Assembly: GCA_036867785.1 (NCBI GenBank)
Contig: CP145409.1
Coordinates: 62,001-126,000, forward strand
Source: Plasmodiophora brassicae
Lineage: Eukaryota
Length of the DNA stretch: 64,000 nucleotides
Direction: 5' to 3'
Shown: piece by piece, positions 11,856 to 24,698 of the stretch
Layout: the number at the start of each line of letters is the position of its first letter
Position numbering within the stretch: position 1 is the stretch's first letter
The notes under the pieces: model-generated
Databases searched by the model: none
What the model was told of the DNA's origin: nothing
Seen by the model: the letters and a program-made list of their open reading frames with translations, nothing else
Made by a program: the position numbers and the translations under genes

Positions 11856-13847
11856 ATGACCGCCGATCTGCAGGCGGTGCGGGACCATGTCCTGGCCGTG
11901 CTGGACGCCGCCGACCGGCAGGCGGCCGAGATGGGGGCGGGACGCGCGACCGGTCATGTCGACCTGGCCGGGCAGGTCGTCGCCGACCTGAAGGTCGTCC
12001 TCGGGCGGGTCGTCGCCGACCTGGACCTGATGCGTGCCCGGATCGGCGCGCCCGCCGCCCCCGTGCAATCCGTCGGCATCGCCGCCTCGATACGCCTGCC
12101 GACGCACGACATCTGCATCGCCATGTCGCATCAGTTCAGGGCCGACCGCGTGAACCACCCGCCGAACAGGCGCGCCGTCGACCTCATCGTGTCCCGCATG
12201 GACGACTGCCTGGCCGGGTTGCATCCGTTGCTCGCGTCGGAGCGCCGCTCGTGGTGTCGCATTCGGTGCAACGCGCTTGTCGTCGAAGTCGGCAAGATCG
12301 GCGTCCTCGGGGAGATGCTGCCGGCGGCGGCGGCCGTCCCGGACGACAGCCTGGTGATGAGGCCGCACAGCGCGTTCGTGCGCGACGCGTTCGCCGCCGG
12401 TGACCATGACCACGTCCGGCTGACCCGGAGCATGCGGCGGTTCTACGCGCGCCTGGAGAAGCTGAAATGCATGGCCAGGGACGCGTGCCGGTACCGGACC
12501 GTGTACTGCCAGTACCTGTCGCTGATGGCCGGCGCCGTCTACTACTCGGGGAAGCCGGAGCTGGCCCGCGTCGAGTAGGCTGGGCCCGGGGCGAGGCGTG
12601 CACTCGGCGCGTTGGGGATCTGACGCGGGGCCCTGCCCGTCGGTAGGTCGGAGGCGCTGTCGGTCAAGCCGGACATCCAGATGGTGAAGTACATGTGGAA
12701 CATGTCGGAGCAGGCGGCCGGCCGCGTCCTGTTCCATTTGACGTTCCCGCCGATCGGCACCCACTTCTGCTTCGTCGTTGACGCGCGCGACCTGCCTGAC
12801 GCTGAGCGAGCCGTCTGCGCTGACCAGCCTCCCGTCACGTGCCGCTTCCTGTTCGCCAGGTGTGCCTACCGCGCCCCCCGGGACGCTGCCCGACACTGAC
12901 ACGTGCGGTGTCCATTCGCAGAAGCGGGCTGACGCTCGGCGAGTCGTTGTCGCTGTGCCCGTCCTGGCCGCTGTCGCGTGACATTTGGCGCAACGTGCAG
13001 GGGCCCCTGGCTCTGAACGGGGACCCACCCGGTGCCGTCGTCCTGCATTTCCACGGGGGCGGGTTCGTCGGCCAGACGTCCTGGTCGCACCAGACGTACA
13101 CGCGCAAGTGGGCGAACAGCACCGGCTTCCCGGTCCTGTCCTGCGACTACAGGCTGGCGCCCGAGCACCGGTTCCCTGCGGCCGTCGACGACGCCTGGCT
13201 GTGCTACCTGTGGGTGCGCGCGCATGCCGAGCGCTGTCTCGGGGTGCCGCCGTCGCGAATCATCCTGGCGGGCGATTCGGCGGGCGGCAACCTCTGCGCG
13301 GCGATCGCCGTTCGCGCCATTCAACGCAACGTGCCGCTGCCGATGGGCCTCCTTCTGGCGTACCCTGTCATGTGCGTGTCCCGCGACGTGTTCTACCCGT
13401 CCATGCTGAGCTGTCTGGAGGAGACCATGGTCCCGTTCGGGTTCCTCCTCGTCTGTCTGGACGCGTACGTGTCCGACAGGCGGGAGGCGATCAGCAACCC
13501 GGAACTCAGCCCAGGGGTTGCCACCGACGACATCCTCCAGCGGTTCCCGCCGACCCGGCTCATGGTCGGCACGAACGACCCGCTGCTGGACCAGTGCATC
13601 GAGTTCGCCGAGCGCCTGCGCCACCTGGACCGCAACGTCGACCTCCAGGTGTACCCGCAGTTCGGCCACGGGTTCCTGTCGTTCGACAACCTCTGTACGT
13701 ATGCGTCGTCGATGTGGGGGCGGCGTCGGCGTGCGACCTCTAATCGTCGTGTGCCCCGTCGCAGTGGTCGGCATCCGGCAGGCCAGGACCAGCATCGAGC
13801 AGTGCAACACGTGGCTGCGCGACCTGGCCGACGTACCGACGGTCTAG
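11856..13847 (+). CDS. Hormone-sensitive lipase-family alpha/beta hydrolase, multi-exon
   Basis: HFHGGGFV oxyanion motif, DYRLAPEHRFPAA, GDSAGGNL nucleophile, DPLLD, HGFL, and an extended N-terminal region. Confidence 0.9.
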
Positions 13848-13914
13848 TACTGTCCACTGTCCCGCCTACCCTTCGCCCGTAATGTATTCCTAGACGAGCA
13901 CCGGCGTGTGGCCA

Positions 13915-15687
13915 CTAGGCGGTCGCCGGTGCCGGTTTACGTTGAGCAGGGGGCGCGATACGATGCGACAGGGCGAACAGGTCGTCCTCGGTGAGGACGC
14001 GCTCGACGGATCGCTCGAGGGTGTCGGCCGCGTCCTGGCTGGGCGTGACCCGGTAGGGGACCTTCCTGCTGCGGACCAGCTCCGACACGATCGCCCATTG
14101 GCGCTGGTACTTGCCCCAGTTGACCCGGTCGTCGTCCGCCCGCGACGGCAACGAATCCAACTGGAACAGGTCCTTCAGCGTCACCGCCAGCATCGGCACC
14201 TGCGCCTTGCCGATGCCGTCGCGGAACGCCTTCCGGTAGGCGGCGAAGTTGTCGTCGTCGGCGACGGCTTCCGTGATCCGCACGAACCTCGCCTTGGCCT
14301 TGGCGTTCAGCGCGCGCCAGTCGTCAGCGAGCCGGTAGACGGGCGTCAGGCCCAGGCCCGTGACGATCTCGGCCGCGCCAAAGTAGTTGCACATGTCGAG
14401 GCAGATGGCGGCCGCCTTGATCAGGTGCTGCATCGTGCGCTGCCGGGCGCCCGCCTCGGCCACCGACAGGGTCTGCGACGCGACCCAGTAGCTGACCTGG
14501 TTGAAGCGTCGCGTCATGCGCTGGATGCCTGCCGGGTGTCGTCGTCGTCAGCGAGTGGCGACGACGATGACGCCCCCACTGCCGCCCGCCCTACCGGGTG
14601 CCTGCGAGCGCGTCCACGCGCGATCCACGAATTCGATGGGTCGGATGGCGCGCAGCAGGTCGTGCTCGACGGCCGTCATCCACTCGGCGACGTCCTCGGG
14701 CGCGATCCGCGTCACGTCGACGGGCCCGTCGGCCAGGGACGCGCCGCGCGCCGACAGCCGCTTCAGGCGGAACTCGGGCGCCTGCTTGGCGCGTCGCGCC
14801 GCACGATCGTAGACGGCCTCGACGTGCGACTTGCTGATCGCGACGGCGCCGTCGGCGTCGGCAACGGCCCGGCGCAGGAACGCCCGGCATCGCTTGCGCA
14901 GCGGGCGGTCGAAATCGTCGAACGACGCCTCGATCCACTGGCAGACCAGGTGGACGACGCCGACCTTGCGGGCGGCGTCGTCGGCGGCGGCGTCGAACGC
15001 GGCTTCGAGGCGCGCCAGCAGGTCCCCGGCGCTGATGAACGCGCGGCGGTACAGGAGGAACGCCGCCTGGAACTCGGGGTCGGCCGCCTCGACGACCAGC
15101 CTGTCCACGAGCTGGTCGACCGTCATCAGCGACGTCGCGGACGATGGCGCCGGGTCGGGCGGCCCCGTTGGTGCCAGGAGCGCGCTCAGCCGCCGGCCGC
15201 CGCTGTCGTCGGCCCAGGGCACGGCCCGGGCGACGATGACGACCGCCGCCGCCGGATCATTCGTGGCGCCCGATGGCGTCGACGGTCCCGGTGCCGAGGC
15301 GCGCGTCTCGCGTATGGCGCGAATCCAGTCGAGCTTGATCGGGCGGGACGGCGCCCGGAGGGCGATGGAGGCGCCGCCCGTGCGCAGGTAGAACTTGGCG
15401 TCGTCGCTCTTGGACGACTTCAGGTCGACGATGTCGCCGACGGGGACGGTGCCGAGCGCCGGCACGTTCGCCCTGTACGCCGGCTCGTTCTTGTAGTAGG
15501 CGAGCTGGGCCTGGTCCAGCACGAACCAGCGATCCCTCCAGGTCTTCCACCCGCCTGTCCACGCGCGCGTCTGTGTCAGCGTGGCGGTGCCTCGGGGGCG
15601 CACAGGCAGGCGCGCGCGCGCACCGTTGCGCCCGCCCTGCTTCGTCAGCTGGCCCTGGCGGGTCGGCTGCGACGACGACGACGTCAT
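13915..15687 (-). CDS. PH-domain + REM + RasGEF (CDC25-like) protein
   Basis: GQLTKQGG..WKTWRDRWFVL...LAYYK (PH), AFLLYRRAFIS (REM), and RRFNQVSYWVASQ, NYFG, NFAAYRK, VNWGKY (RasGEF). Confidence 0.88.
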
Positions 15688-15935
15688 CGCGTCGGCATCG
15701 CCATCGTCATCATCATCAGCGTGCGGGTTCGATCTTCGATCTAGGCATGTACGGACGCGCTATCTATGTGTACATGGTTGGTATAGGGTACGAGCATCGG
15801 GACCCGCCGCATCGACGAATCACTGGGTCTGTTCCCGGGTGCGACGACGCTTCGCGCTTCGAACCACCCATCTGCCGATGGGCAACCTGCTCGTAGAAAT
15901 GAATGAGTTGCAGCAGGTAGGCGAATTCCCATTTG

Positions 15936-18900
15936 TTAAGGTCTTGTGGATGATGAGGCGGTACAACGTGCCGATTCGGGCGCCTGCCGCAACCGCTTCG
16001 TAGGCGGACTGGACGACGGTGACGCAGAGGAGCGGCGATCGACGAGAGGCAAGTAGGTGTGCTTGTCGCAGACGACGGCCTGCTCGTCCGCCGAGACCAG
16101 CAAGCGTAGGCCGGCAGCGGGATAGTCACGATACTGATCGCGGTTTCGCTCGCGAGCCCTTGCGCCGAACGGACCAGCGTCGTTGTCGCTCTGCGGGCAG
16201 GACGCGCAGGACGGGGGCGACCCGTCCCGTTCCGACATGCGAACGACGGTGAGTCGTTGGCGGCCGACGTTGCCGGACGACGACGACGACCACAGGTACT
16301 GGCGGAGGTCGTGACCAGGACGCAGGCGCAGGCGCCGCCGGCACCGACTCACAGCGACGTACAGCAGGCACAGTTCTTCGCGAACGACCTCTTTAGGGCA
16401 ATCGCGTTTCCTGCCCTGCTCGAGCGCCGCAATATCGATGAAATCGTCGACCAGGTCGACATCGTCGAACTCCATCCCCTTGGCCTGGTGGACGTTGGAC
16501 ACGATGACGTCGGCCTGCTCGCCGTCCGGGACGACGGCCGCGCGTAGGTCGGCCATGCGTTGGGGCAGGTCCGGGAATTCGTGGCAGGCGTCATCGTGGA
16601 ACCATCTCGCGCGAGACAGGTCCTCGTCATCGCCCTTGTCGGTCGTCCGGATCAGCGTCTTCCTGGTCAGGTTCTTGAGCGACTGGTGCGTCGGCTTAAA
16701 CGCCCGGCCGGACATCATCATCGCCACCTCATAGTACAGCGTAAACAGGCTGCCAGCCTATGCAGTCCCACACGATCGTCGCTCAATGCCCCCGTTTTAG
16801 ACCGAGGGCATGCACGATCCACACATACGTCGTTGTTGATGCCGCCGACGATGTGCACCTTCTTCCTCTCGACAAAGTGCGCTCTTAACGCGGTGAGCCA
16901 GACCTGAAACGGGGCGGTTAGCGCACCGGTCCCCACGTGGGCAGTATGCAAACGTTGCACTGAGCATACGTTTGCGTTGGAGCGCGCGATGACCGCGTGA
17001 CGACCGCGGAACGCCTCAGACTGCACCTGGTCGGCACAGGTCGACCCGGTAATGGTCGCCTGGGACGCGTCCGCTTCGTGCGCCCGAAGAACGCCCAGTA
17101 TGATGTTGCAGACCTCTGCAATCGCGGACCTGCACGACGACGAGCAAACGTCATCGTTGGTCTGAACCGCGGGCCAGGACGGGAAGCAGGTACCTACCCG
17201 AAACGAAAGCTCCTGGAGAGCGTCAGCGTCGAATCGGCCGGCGCCTCGCGCAGCAGGTTATAGCATCCCCGGAATCCATAGACTGGCAGGGGGACACAAT
17301 CAAGCGGCGTCGCACATCGGAGCCAGGGTGCGACGACCACGTACTATGCTGGTAGATGTCGCCGATCAGCAACCGGGTGACGTCCTGTTCGAGGATAATG
17401 TCCTTCATGGCCTGAACCGAAGTCAGCGAACGCGCCGCGGAAGGGACGGATCCGTCGTCACCGCATTGCAATCCTGGCTCTCGTCGACAATGACGACGTC
17501 GAACGTCGTCTTCAGGTCCGGCCGGCCGAGCTGGTATATTTTCAGGTACACATCGTGGGTGATGGCGATCCTGCCGGCCTGCGCCGCCCGCCACAGTCGA
17601 ACCGCCAGGTCGTACGCGGTGCCGTCATCGTCGTCGGCACGGGAAGGAAAGTCTCGCGCGTCCGACGTTAGGAATCGTGCGACGATCCTGTTGGCGGCCT
17701 TCCCCGTCCGGAAGTCGACCTTCCAGCTTCGAGGGGGTTGCAGGTACCCCTTGATGCCCAGTCGCTGGCATTGCTCCAGAGCCTGCCTTCCTGAGGGCCT
17801 GAGACGGACACACACATACGCTGGGTCAGTGGTCGCTGGCCCCATAACGCGACGACGATGCCGACCCGAGACCAACGCCGCGTAGAGCAAGACTGTGTAT
17901 GGTGCGACAGTCGACCGTCGTTGACGCGAATCGCCGTCTAGCGTCGCTGACGGCCTCCTTGTTGAACGCAAGGTACAGGATGCGGAGCGACGGGGCATCG
18001 CGAAGCCATCGACGCGCCGCGCTGTGAACGGTCGTCGTCTTCCCTGCCGGGGTCCACTCTAGTGAGCACGGATGCCATCGCGAGCAACGCGCGCGCGCAC
18101 GATACCGGATCCGGCAAAGGCGATCACGCGGAACAGCTGGTTGCAACGCGGGTCGATGCCGACCACGCGCCGCTGCTCGTGCGTCAACGCCCTGTCTGAT
18201 CCGACGGCGCAGACCCGATCGAAGAGCGCCGCTTTCACAGCCTGGACTATGCGACGCATCGGTAATGAGGCGGGCGCCCAGAACGACACGCGTTACCGTC
18301 TTGGAGGAGGCGCTGCCGCCGGGAGCACGAGCTGGGCGTGTCCCGCGCCGCCAGCTCCACGACATGCAGGAGTTCAGCGACAATCGGGAGCTGTGCGTTC
18401 GGCAGGCGCAGGACGCCCACGAGCGACGCAACGATGCCGTCGAGCGGTTCGCCGCAGAGGAACGCAACGTAGAGCGCCTGGGCCATGGAATTCACCCGCA
18501 GCACCTTCCTGACGTCGCCATGCTTCCCGAGGAGGCGGTCGACCGCTTGCCTGGACAGGGACGGGTTCGACGGCAGGTACCGCGATTGGCACTCCAGCCA
18601 GGCCAGGACGTCGTCCAGCGCGGGCCCGATGGCCGGGCGCGGTTCGCCGAGGTACATCATTCGTCGAAACCGAAAGCCGCGGACGATACGGCTGAACGTT
18701 GTACAGGTCGGCGCGAGGCACTGGAACAGCAGGGCGTCGCATTGGACCCGGGCGAATATCGCAGCGAGCAGGTCCTCGGGGAGCGACGTCAGGCGCGCGC
18801 GGGACGGCGCCCCCCGCAACGCCTCGTCACATGCTCGGTCGACCTGGTCGTTCGACAACGCGTGGACCGCGGCGAGGAAATCGTCGCCGATATACGACGG

Positions 18901-19062
18901 CGGCTGACCGTCACCGTCGCCCGCCGCCGGACCCGGAGCAGCACCGCTAAGCGCGGGCGACGACGCTGCCACCTGGTCGGCGAGTGCGAACATGGCGGAC
19001 AGGTCGGCATCGGACAGCTGGCTGGCGGCGGACGGCAGGTCGCTGCCGGCACCGTCGAACAT
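15936..19062 (-). CDS. FBH1: F-box DNA helicase 1-like (F-box + UvrD/SF1 helicase), multi-exon
   Basis: F-box LTSLPEDLLAAIF, LTHEQRRVV, Walker A AFAGSGKTT split by an intron, VDESQDCN, LIGDIYQ, SNVHQAKGMEFD and LLYVAVSR. Confidence 0.85.
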
Positions 19063-19160
19063 CACGCGCGGAACGATCGACGCCTACGGACGGTCGTGCG
19101 GGAACGCGGGCGGACCCCGAAGGCAACGGGCCGAACAGCCCTTACCTACAATCAATCGTG

Positions 19161-21139
19161 CTATATACATATGTTGGTCGCGTTCCTGGGCGGCCTGCGA
19201 CGACGTTTCTGGGCGGCGCAGGCGGTGCCGTCGAACAGGATGGCGCGCGCGCGCTGAAACTCTCGGCTGGCCAGCAGGGCGCGCTCGGCGTACCCGGTCG
19301 TGCTGATGCATTCGTGGACGGACGGCCCGTCGTTGCTGTCCATGATCAGGTAGTGGTCGACGAAGAAGCCAAAGGCGACGAACAGGAGCAGGTCGAGCAG
19401 CGTGCCCGTGTCGGTCAGGTGCAGGTCGGACTGGGCCGCCTCGCAGCACCGGTTGACATCGGCGGCCAGTTCCGCCAGCTTGTCCTTGCTAACGGTGGCC
19501 TGCGGGCCGCTGGTGTCGAAGAACAGCAGCGCGTCGTCGCACAGGGCCACGTGCCCCCTGGCCCGCTTGCTCGGCGGCGCCAGGCGATGCCCGCCGGGCA
19601 CGATGTACAAGGCGATCCCGCAGCGCTCTCGAGCGTCGACATGCGAGAGCCACTGCCGGCCAACGATCGTTTGCCCCTACGACACGGTTAGCCGGGATGG
19701 CATCGGACCCGAGCTAGGACGACAGGTCCTGACCGCAAACGTGAACGTCACCTGCATGACGATAAACGGGTTGATGACCGCGCCGACCGCATCGACGTAC
19801 GTGACCAGGCCGTCGCGAACGAGCGTTGCGGCTGTTTCGCGGTGCGCCCGGCCGACGTTGCCGGGGTCGACGCTGTTGAAGAGCGCGAACGCCGACCGGA
19901 CCAGGCGCATGGTGCCCAGGACGGTGGAAGCCATGGACCAGCCGAGAAGCGGCTCGCAGAAGACCCGGTGCAGAAGGTACGTCAGCGACGCCCGGCATGG
20001 ACGCGATCGCGCGTTGCGCTCGAACGGCTGGACAGCCACGTCCGGGCGACGACAGCTGAAGAACCTCGGCGCCGGACGGACGACGTCGACGACGCGGTGC
20101 AGGATGGATTCGCAGGCACGCCGGACGGGTCCCTGTGTGGGCGGATCACACCTCGTTACGACATGGCCAGATTCGGTGTACGCGCCTCGCCGTACCGGTT
20201 CCTGCGTGAACTCGAACGGCGACAGGTCCATGCCGGTCGGTTCCGGCTGGTACTCGACGACGATGACGTACATGTCGAGGTGCAGGGCCGGCGGCCAGAA
20301 CGGCAGCATGGCGCGCAGGCAGGCCAGGAAGACGGACAGGTCGCGAAGGTTCCCATCGGACGGCACGGCATGGTCGCTGGGCCTGAACACGACCTGCTTC
20401 GAGCGCGGGCACGACTCCAGGATCGCCTGTGCGGCGACCGGGTCCGGGCGGTCGCCGCGCGCCCCCAGCAGCTCCTTCAGGACGTCCTCCAGAACGGCAG
20501 GGTTGACGAGCCCGCTGTACCACGCTTCGCGCCGCGAGTCGGGCTCCGCTGATCCAGTGTGCATCAGCTGGAACGCGATCTGGACCGTATAGCCGACCGC
20601 ATCCGGGCCCTGCGGCCGCCGAAGATAAAATACGATCGCGTCCTCGTCGTCGTCGCGTCGGTTGTCGCGCGTCGGCGGAATGCGCCTCAGATGGCGTTTG
20701 ATGAGGAGGTAGTTGCCCGATTGCATCGCGACCAGGAAGGCAGTGGACGACTGCCAGCCCTCGACGTCGATCCATGGCACGGGCAGGTGCGGCAGCCCAG
20801 TCTCCATGGCCGCCACGATACGGTGCCGTTCCTGGAAGGCCGCCGGGCACGCCTGGTTTCGCAGGGACCGGGCGTACAGGTCGGCCAGGACCCCGGCCAG
20901 CTTCGCGTGCAGGCATTGCAGGTTGGCACGCGCCGTCGGATCCCCGGCGACGTCCGCGGCGGCCAGCACCTCGCGCGCATAACGCACCACGCCGCCATGG
21001 GACACGGGCGCCAGCAACTGGTTCATATGGCGCGAGACGCGTAGCAACGCGTTGACCGTGCATAGGTCGAGAACGGGCATCAGCGATCGGTGCACGACTT
21101 GCGCCGGCAAGTGCTCCATCATGGCCACGAGACCCATTG
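19161..21139 (-). CDS. Hypothetical protein with F-box-like N-terminus, at least 2 exons
   Basis: Long ORF 19677-21566 with probable start near MGLVAMMEHLPAQVV..LDL..VNALLRVSRHMN. Second exon lies in ORF 19161-19610. Confidence 0.55.
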
Positions 21140-22029
21140 TCGGGGGCGGTGCTGGGGGGCTCGGCACCCCAAACGGTAGCCCTTGGTCGTGGAGCGCTGA
21201 CGTCACCCCGAGCGGACCCGGCAGCTCGCCGCCACCACCCGCGGGCCAGATCGTGTTCGTCACAGAGCAGCCAGGCGGGGCAGGCAGGCACCTCTCTGCC
21301 CAGTGGGCGGGCAACTGCGGCGAAATGGCGGGTGGGCCCCGGTCCGTCTGCTGCCCCCTCCCGCACCGGCACCACCCCGTGGCGGGAAAGACGACTGGCG
21401 CGCACGAGCCGCGCACCTCGGCCCGGGCCATGCAGCCAGCACGCGACCCCGTCTGGATCGGGGCCCGCAACCGTACGATTCGCCTCGACGGGGCGACCTT
21501 TGCCGATACGTCCTGTTTGCGCGCACAGTGAACGTCATGCGCGCCCAGGTTCACGTTTTCGCGCACCGCCGACGGCTCGCTATGATCCCGTCGTCATTGG
21601 TCTCCGAGGTCTTCTGCCGCGAGTTCGCATTTGAAACCCCAACGGTTCCTGGTGCGTATTCGCCGTTCGCGTCACGTCCTGCCCGGGGTCGCCGCTCGCG
21701 ATCAGCATACGCCGACGTACGCGGGACACGATCACGACACGCGCCCACAGCAGCGCCGTTCCGCCGTGCAGGCCCTGGCGCCGAGGAGCGACCCGGTGCA
21801 AGGCTGCCCGGGATGGGAACCTGGACGTCAAGTCCTCCAGACCGGGTGGCGGCTTCCTTCGCAGTGTATGCCGACCAGTAAACGACCTGGGCGGCTATAA
21901 TTCGTCGCCGGGTCTGGTGCGAGAATAGCATCAGCGCGGACGTTGCGTCCCGTCCAGTCGTCGATGTTAACGTTGCACGGGCAGCCAGGAGGAGATGGTT
22001 GCACCCGGGTCGCCCCGCGGTGAGCGCTG

Positions 22030-24616
22030 ATGGCCACGACGACGGATCCGGTGTCGGGTGTAATCGATCATCCACTGCTGTGCTATCAGCGTAGGGACCC
22101 GCTGGAAAGCAGTGCTACGGGATGGTCTTGTGACCAGGGGGGCGCTTATCCACAGGCGCAGGCGACATCGTCCATGGCCTCCTGTCCAATGACATCGCCG
22201 TCGCTATCGCCGCCTGCGACCGTTTCCTGGTTGTTGGAACGCAGTCTGGCGCCGCCCATATCGTCAGTCCTGCGGGCGCCCTGATCCGATCCACCTCCCA
22301 GTTGCACAGCGCTCCAGTCACCTCGATCGCCATCGACGACGCCATGCAGGTGTCGTCGATTTCTGTAATTAAGTAGACAACGCTCCCGCCTGAGGCCCTT
22401 ACCAGGAGATCGCAGTGGCGTCCTCGAACGGTACGATCGCCATCCTCGACACGACGCATCCAGATCGTCCTGCGTCGCGATTGCGCTATCCGACACGGGT
22501 CACCGCCCTGGCGTACCGGCCGTCGCATACGACCCTGGTGCGATCACTGACGATCGGCGATGCCGCCGGCAACCTCGTCCTGCACAGTGCGAGCATGTTC
22601 GCCAATAAGGATGTCACCCTGCACAAGGGCGAGGGCGCGATCACGGCTATCGCCTGGAGCGGGTCGTTCCTGGCTTGGGGCAACCAATGCGGTTTCAAGG
22701 TACGCAGCGCCACCGAATCCCGTTTCCCGTAGGAACGTAACCGGGAGCCAACGCCACCAGGTGTTCGACCTATGCGATAATACGCGACTGGCGTTCATCC
22801 AGCAGAACGCACCTGCCGACGTTGCATGCCAACCTAGCCTAGCCTGGCACGCACCGGATACGCTCGTTACCGCCTGGCACAACGTCATCCACGTCCTGCA
22901 GGTTCGTATCGCGCCAGAATCGCAGCTCCTTACGACGCCTGACGTTCGGGTTAGGTTCGCGAGGGCGTCGGCACCCTTCTCGGCCGGTTCGTCGTCGACT
23001 TCATCATAGCTGGATGCGTCCCGTTCACGATCGACAATGACGAGGACCGGGACCTGTTGGCGTTGCTTGCCGTGTTCTGCGACGGACGATGCGAGATTCG
23101 GATCGTGGACACTGGCAACCAGGTGCGATCGGCGGACGCGTTGTCGTTGCCGTCGGCGCGAGCGCTGGCAGCATCCGCTGGGCAATTGTACGTTCTCGAT
23201 GCGGGCGACGTCATCGTTGGCAGGCGATGCGACGAGGACGACCACGTGACGTACCTGCTGGATCAGGGCCGTCTGGGCGATGCCGTCGACCTGGCCGTCT
23301 CCCTGGGCCAGGCCGCTCTGCGTCGGCATGACGTGGAAGAGCTCGCTGTCCTGTACCTGACCACGTTGCTGAACGCCGGCGCGTACGACAACGTTCTGCA
23401 GCAGTCGGCACGTTTGCTGGGTGGATCGATCCCGGTCTGGGAGCGCTGGATCCGGTTCGTTGCGAGCGTTAACCTCGTCCGCGTCATCGTGGACGGCATC
23501 CCCGCCGGGCTGGACAGGGACGTCTACGACCTCGTCCTGGTGCAGTTGTGCAGCACCGACCACGATAAGCTCCTGCACCTGTTGCAGACGTGGCCGGCCG
23601 ACAGGTACAACGCGTCCGTCGTCCTGGACGCCTGCCCGGCATCGCTGAAGCAGTGCCGGGCGATCCTGCTCGAACGGGTCGGCCGGCACGGCGACGCGAT
23701 CCGACTGCGCCTCGACCTGGGCGACCCGTCCGTCTTTGACCTGATCGGCGCGCATCCGGACGAGGTCGCCGACCTCGACCTCCACGCGCTGACCAGGCTG
23801 GACCTGTCGAAAGCGGTCTCGCGACTGATCGCATCGCACGTGCCGCCGGATGTCGTCGTCGCACAACTGGAACAGGATCGTCTGGCCCTGCACCGGTACC
23901 TGCACGCCCTGTTCGAGTTCGACCGGGACGCCGGCGCCCGGTACCACGAACGGCAGCTGTCGCTGTACGCCGAGTTCCAGCCGGATGCGCTGCTGACGTT
24001 CCTGGCGCAGAGCAGCCACTACAAGCTGGAGGATGCGCTCGCAGTCTGCCAGGTGCGGGGCCTGCACCGCGCGCAATTGTACCTGCTGAAGCGCATGGGG
24101 AACAACGCGGCGGCGCTGACGCTCCTGCTGAATGCGCTGGATGACGTCGAGGGCGCCGTTGCGTTCGTCGAGGAGATGCGGTCGCGTCGCCTGCGGGATC
24201 AGCTCCTGCAGCACCTCCTGCAGAACAGCACCTGGGTCGGCAGGGCGCTGATCGCGCTGCGCCCGGGCTTCATCGACCCGGTCAAATTCATCAGGGCGAT
24301 ACCCGGGGACATGCAGGTCGACGACATCAAGCGGAAGTTCATGGCACTGGTCGCCGAGTACAAGGTGGAGGTGTCGATCGGCGAGGTGGCCAATCAGGCC
24401 ATCAAGGAGGACTGCGTGGCATTGCTTCGCGACGTTCGCCGCCTGCAATCGACGGCGATCGTTGTCGACCCCAGCGCACCGGCCCGATGCGCCGAGTGCT
24501 CCTGTGCGATTGGCTACCGCGCCAGCGACATTGTCGTGTCCTGCGCCGCTGAGATCCGCCACGGCCAGTGTAGCAGTCGACGGGCACCCAATCCTAAATC
24601 GGACATTAACGGTTAA
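22030..24616 (+). CDS. VPS41: HOPS subunit Vps41 (beta-propeller + CHCR repeat + degenerate RING)
   Basis: HPLLCYQR, LHKGEGAITAIAW, DDHVTYLL, YHERQLSLYAEF..LLTFL.QSSHYKLEDAL, YLLKRMGN and a C-terminal CxxC. Confidence 0.88.
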
Positions 24617-24698
24617 GATACGCTGTCTTGATCGTTTGGGGAGTACGTTGTCGCGAGCGTGTTGCGCGTCGTCGTGTTGGGTGGGTGCCCGTCGCGGA

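Noticed and set aside
11592-13028. 478-aa minus-strand ORF
   Set aside because: Antisense to the lipase exons.
13906-15744. 612-aa plus-strand ORF
   Set aside because: Antisense shadow of the GC-rich RasGEF gene; Arg/Gly-rich with no motifs.
22544-24562. 672-aa minus-strand ORF
   Set aside because: Antisense to VPS41; a codon-bias artefact.
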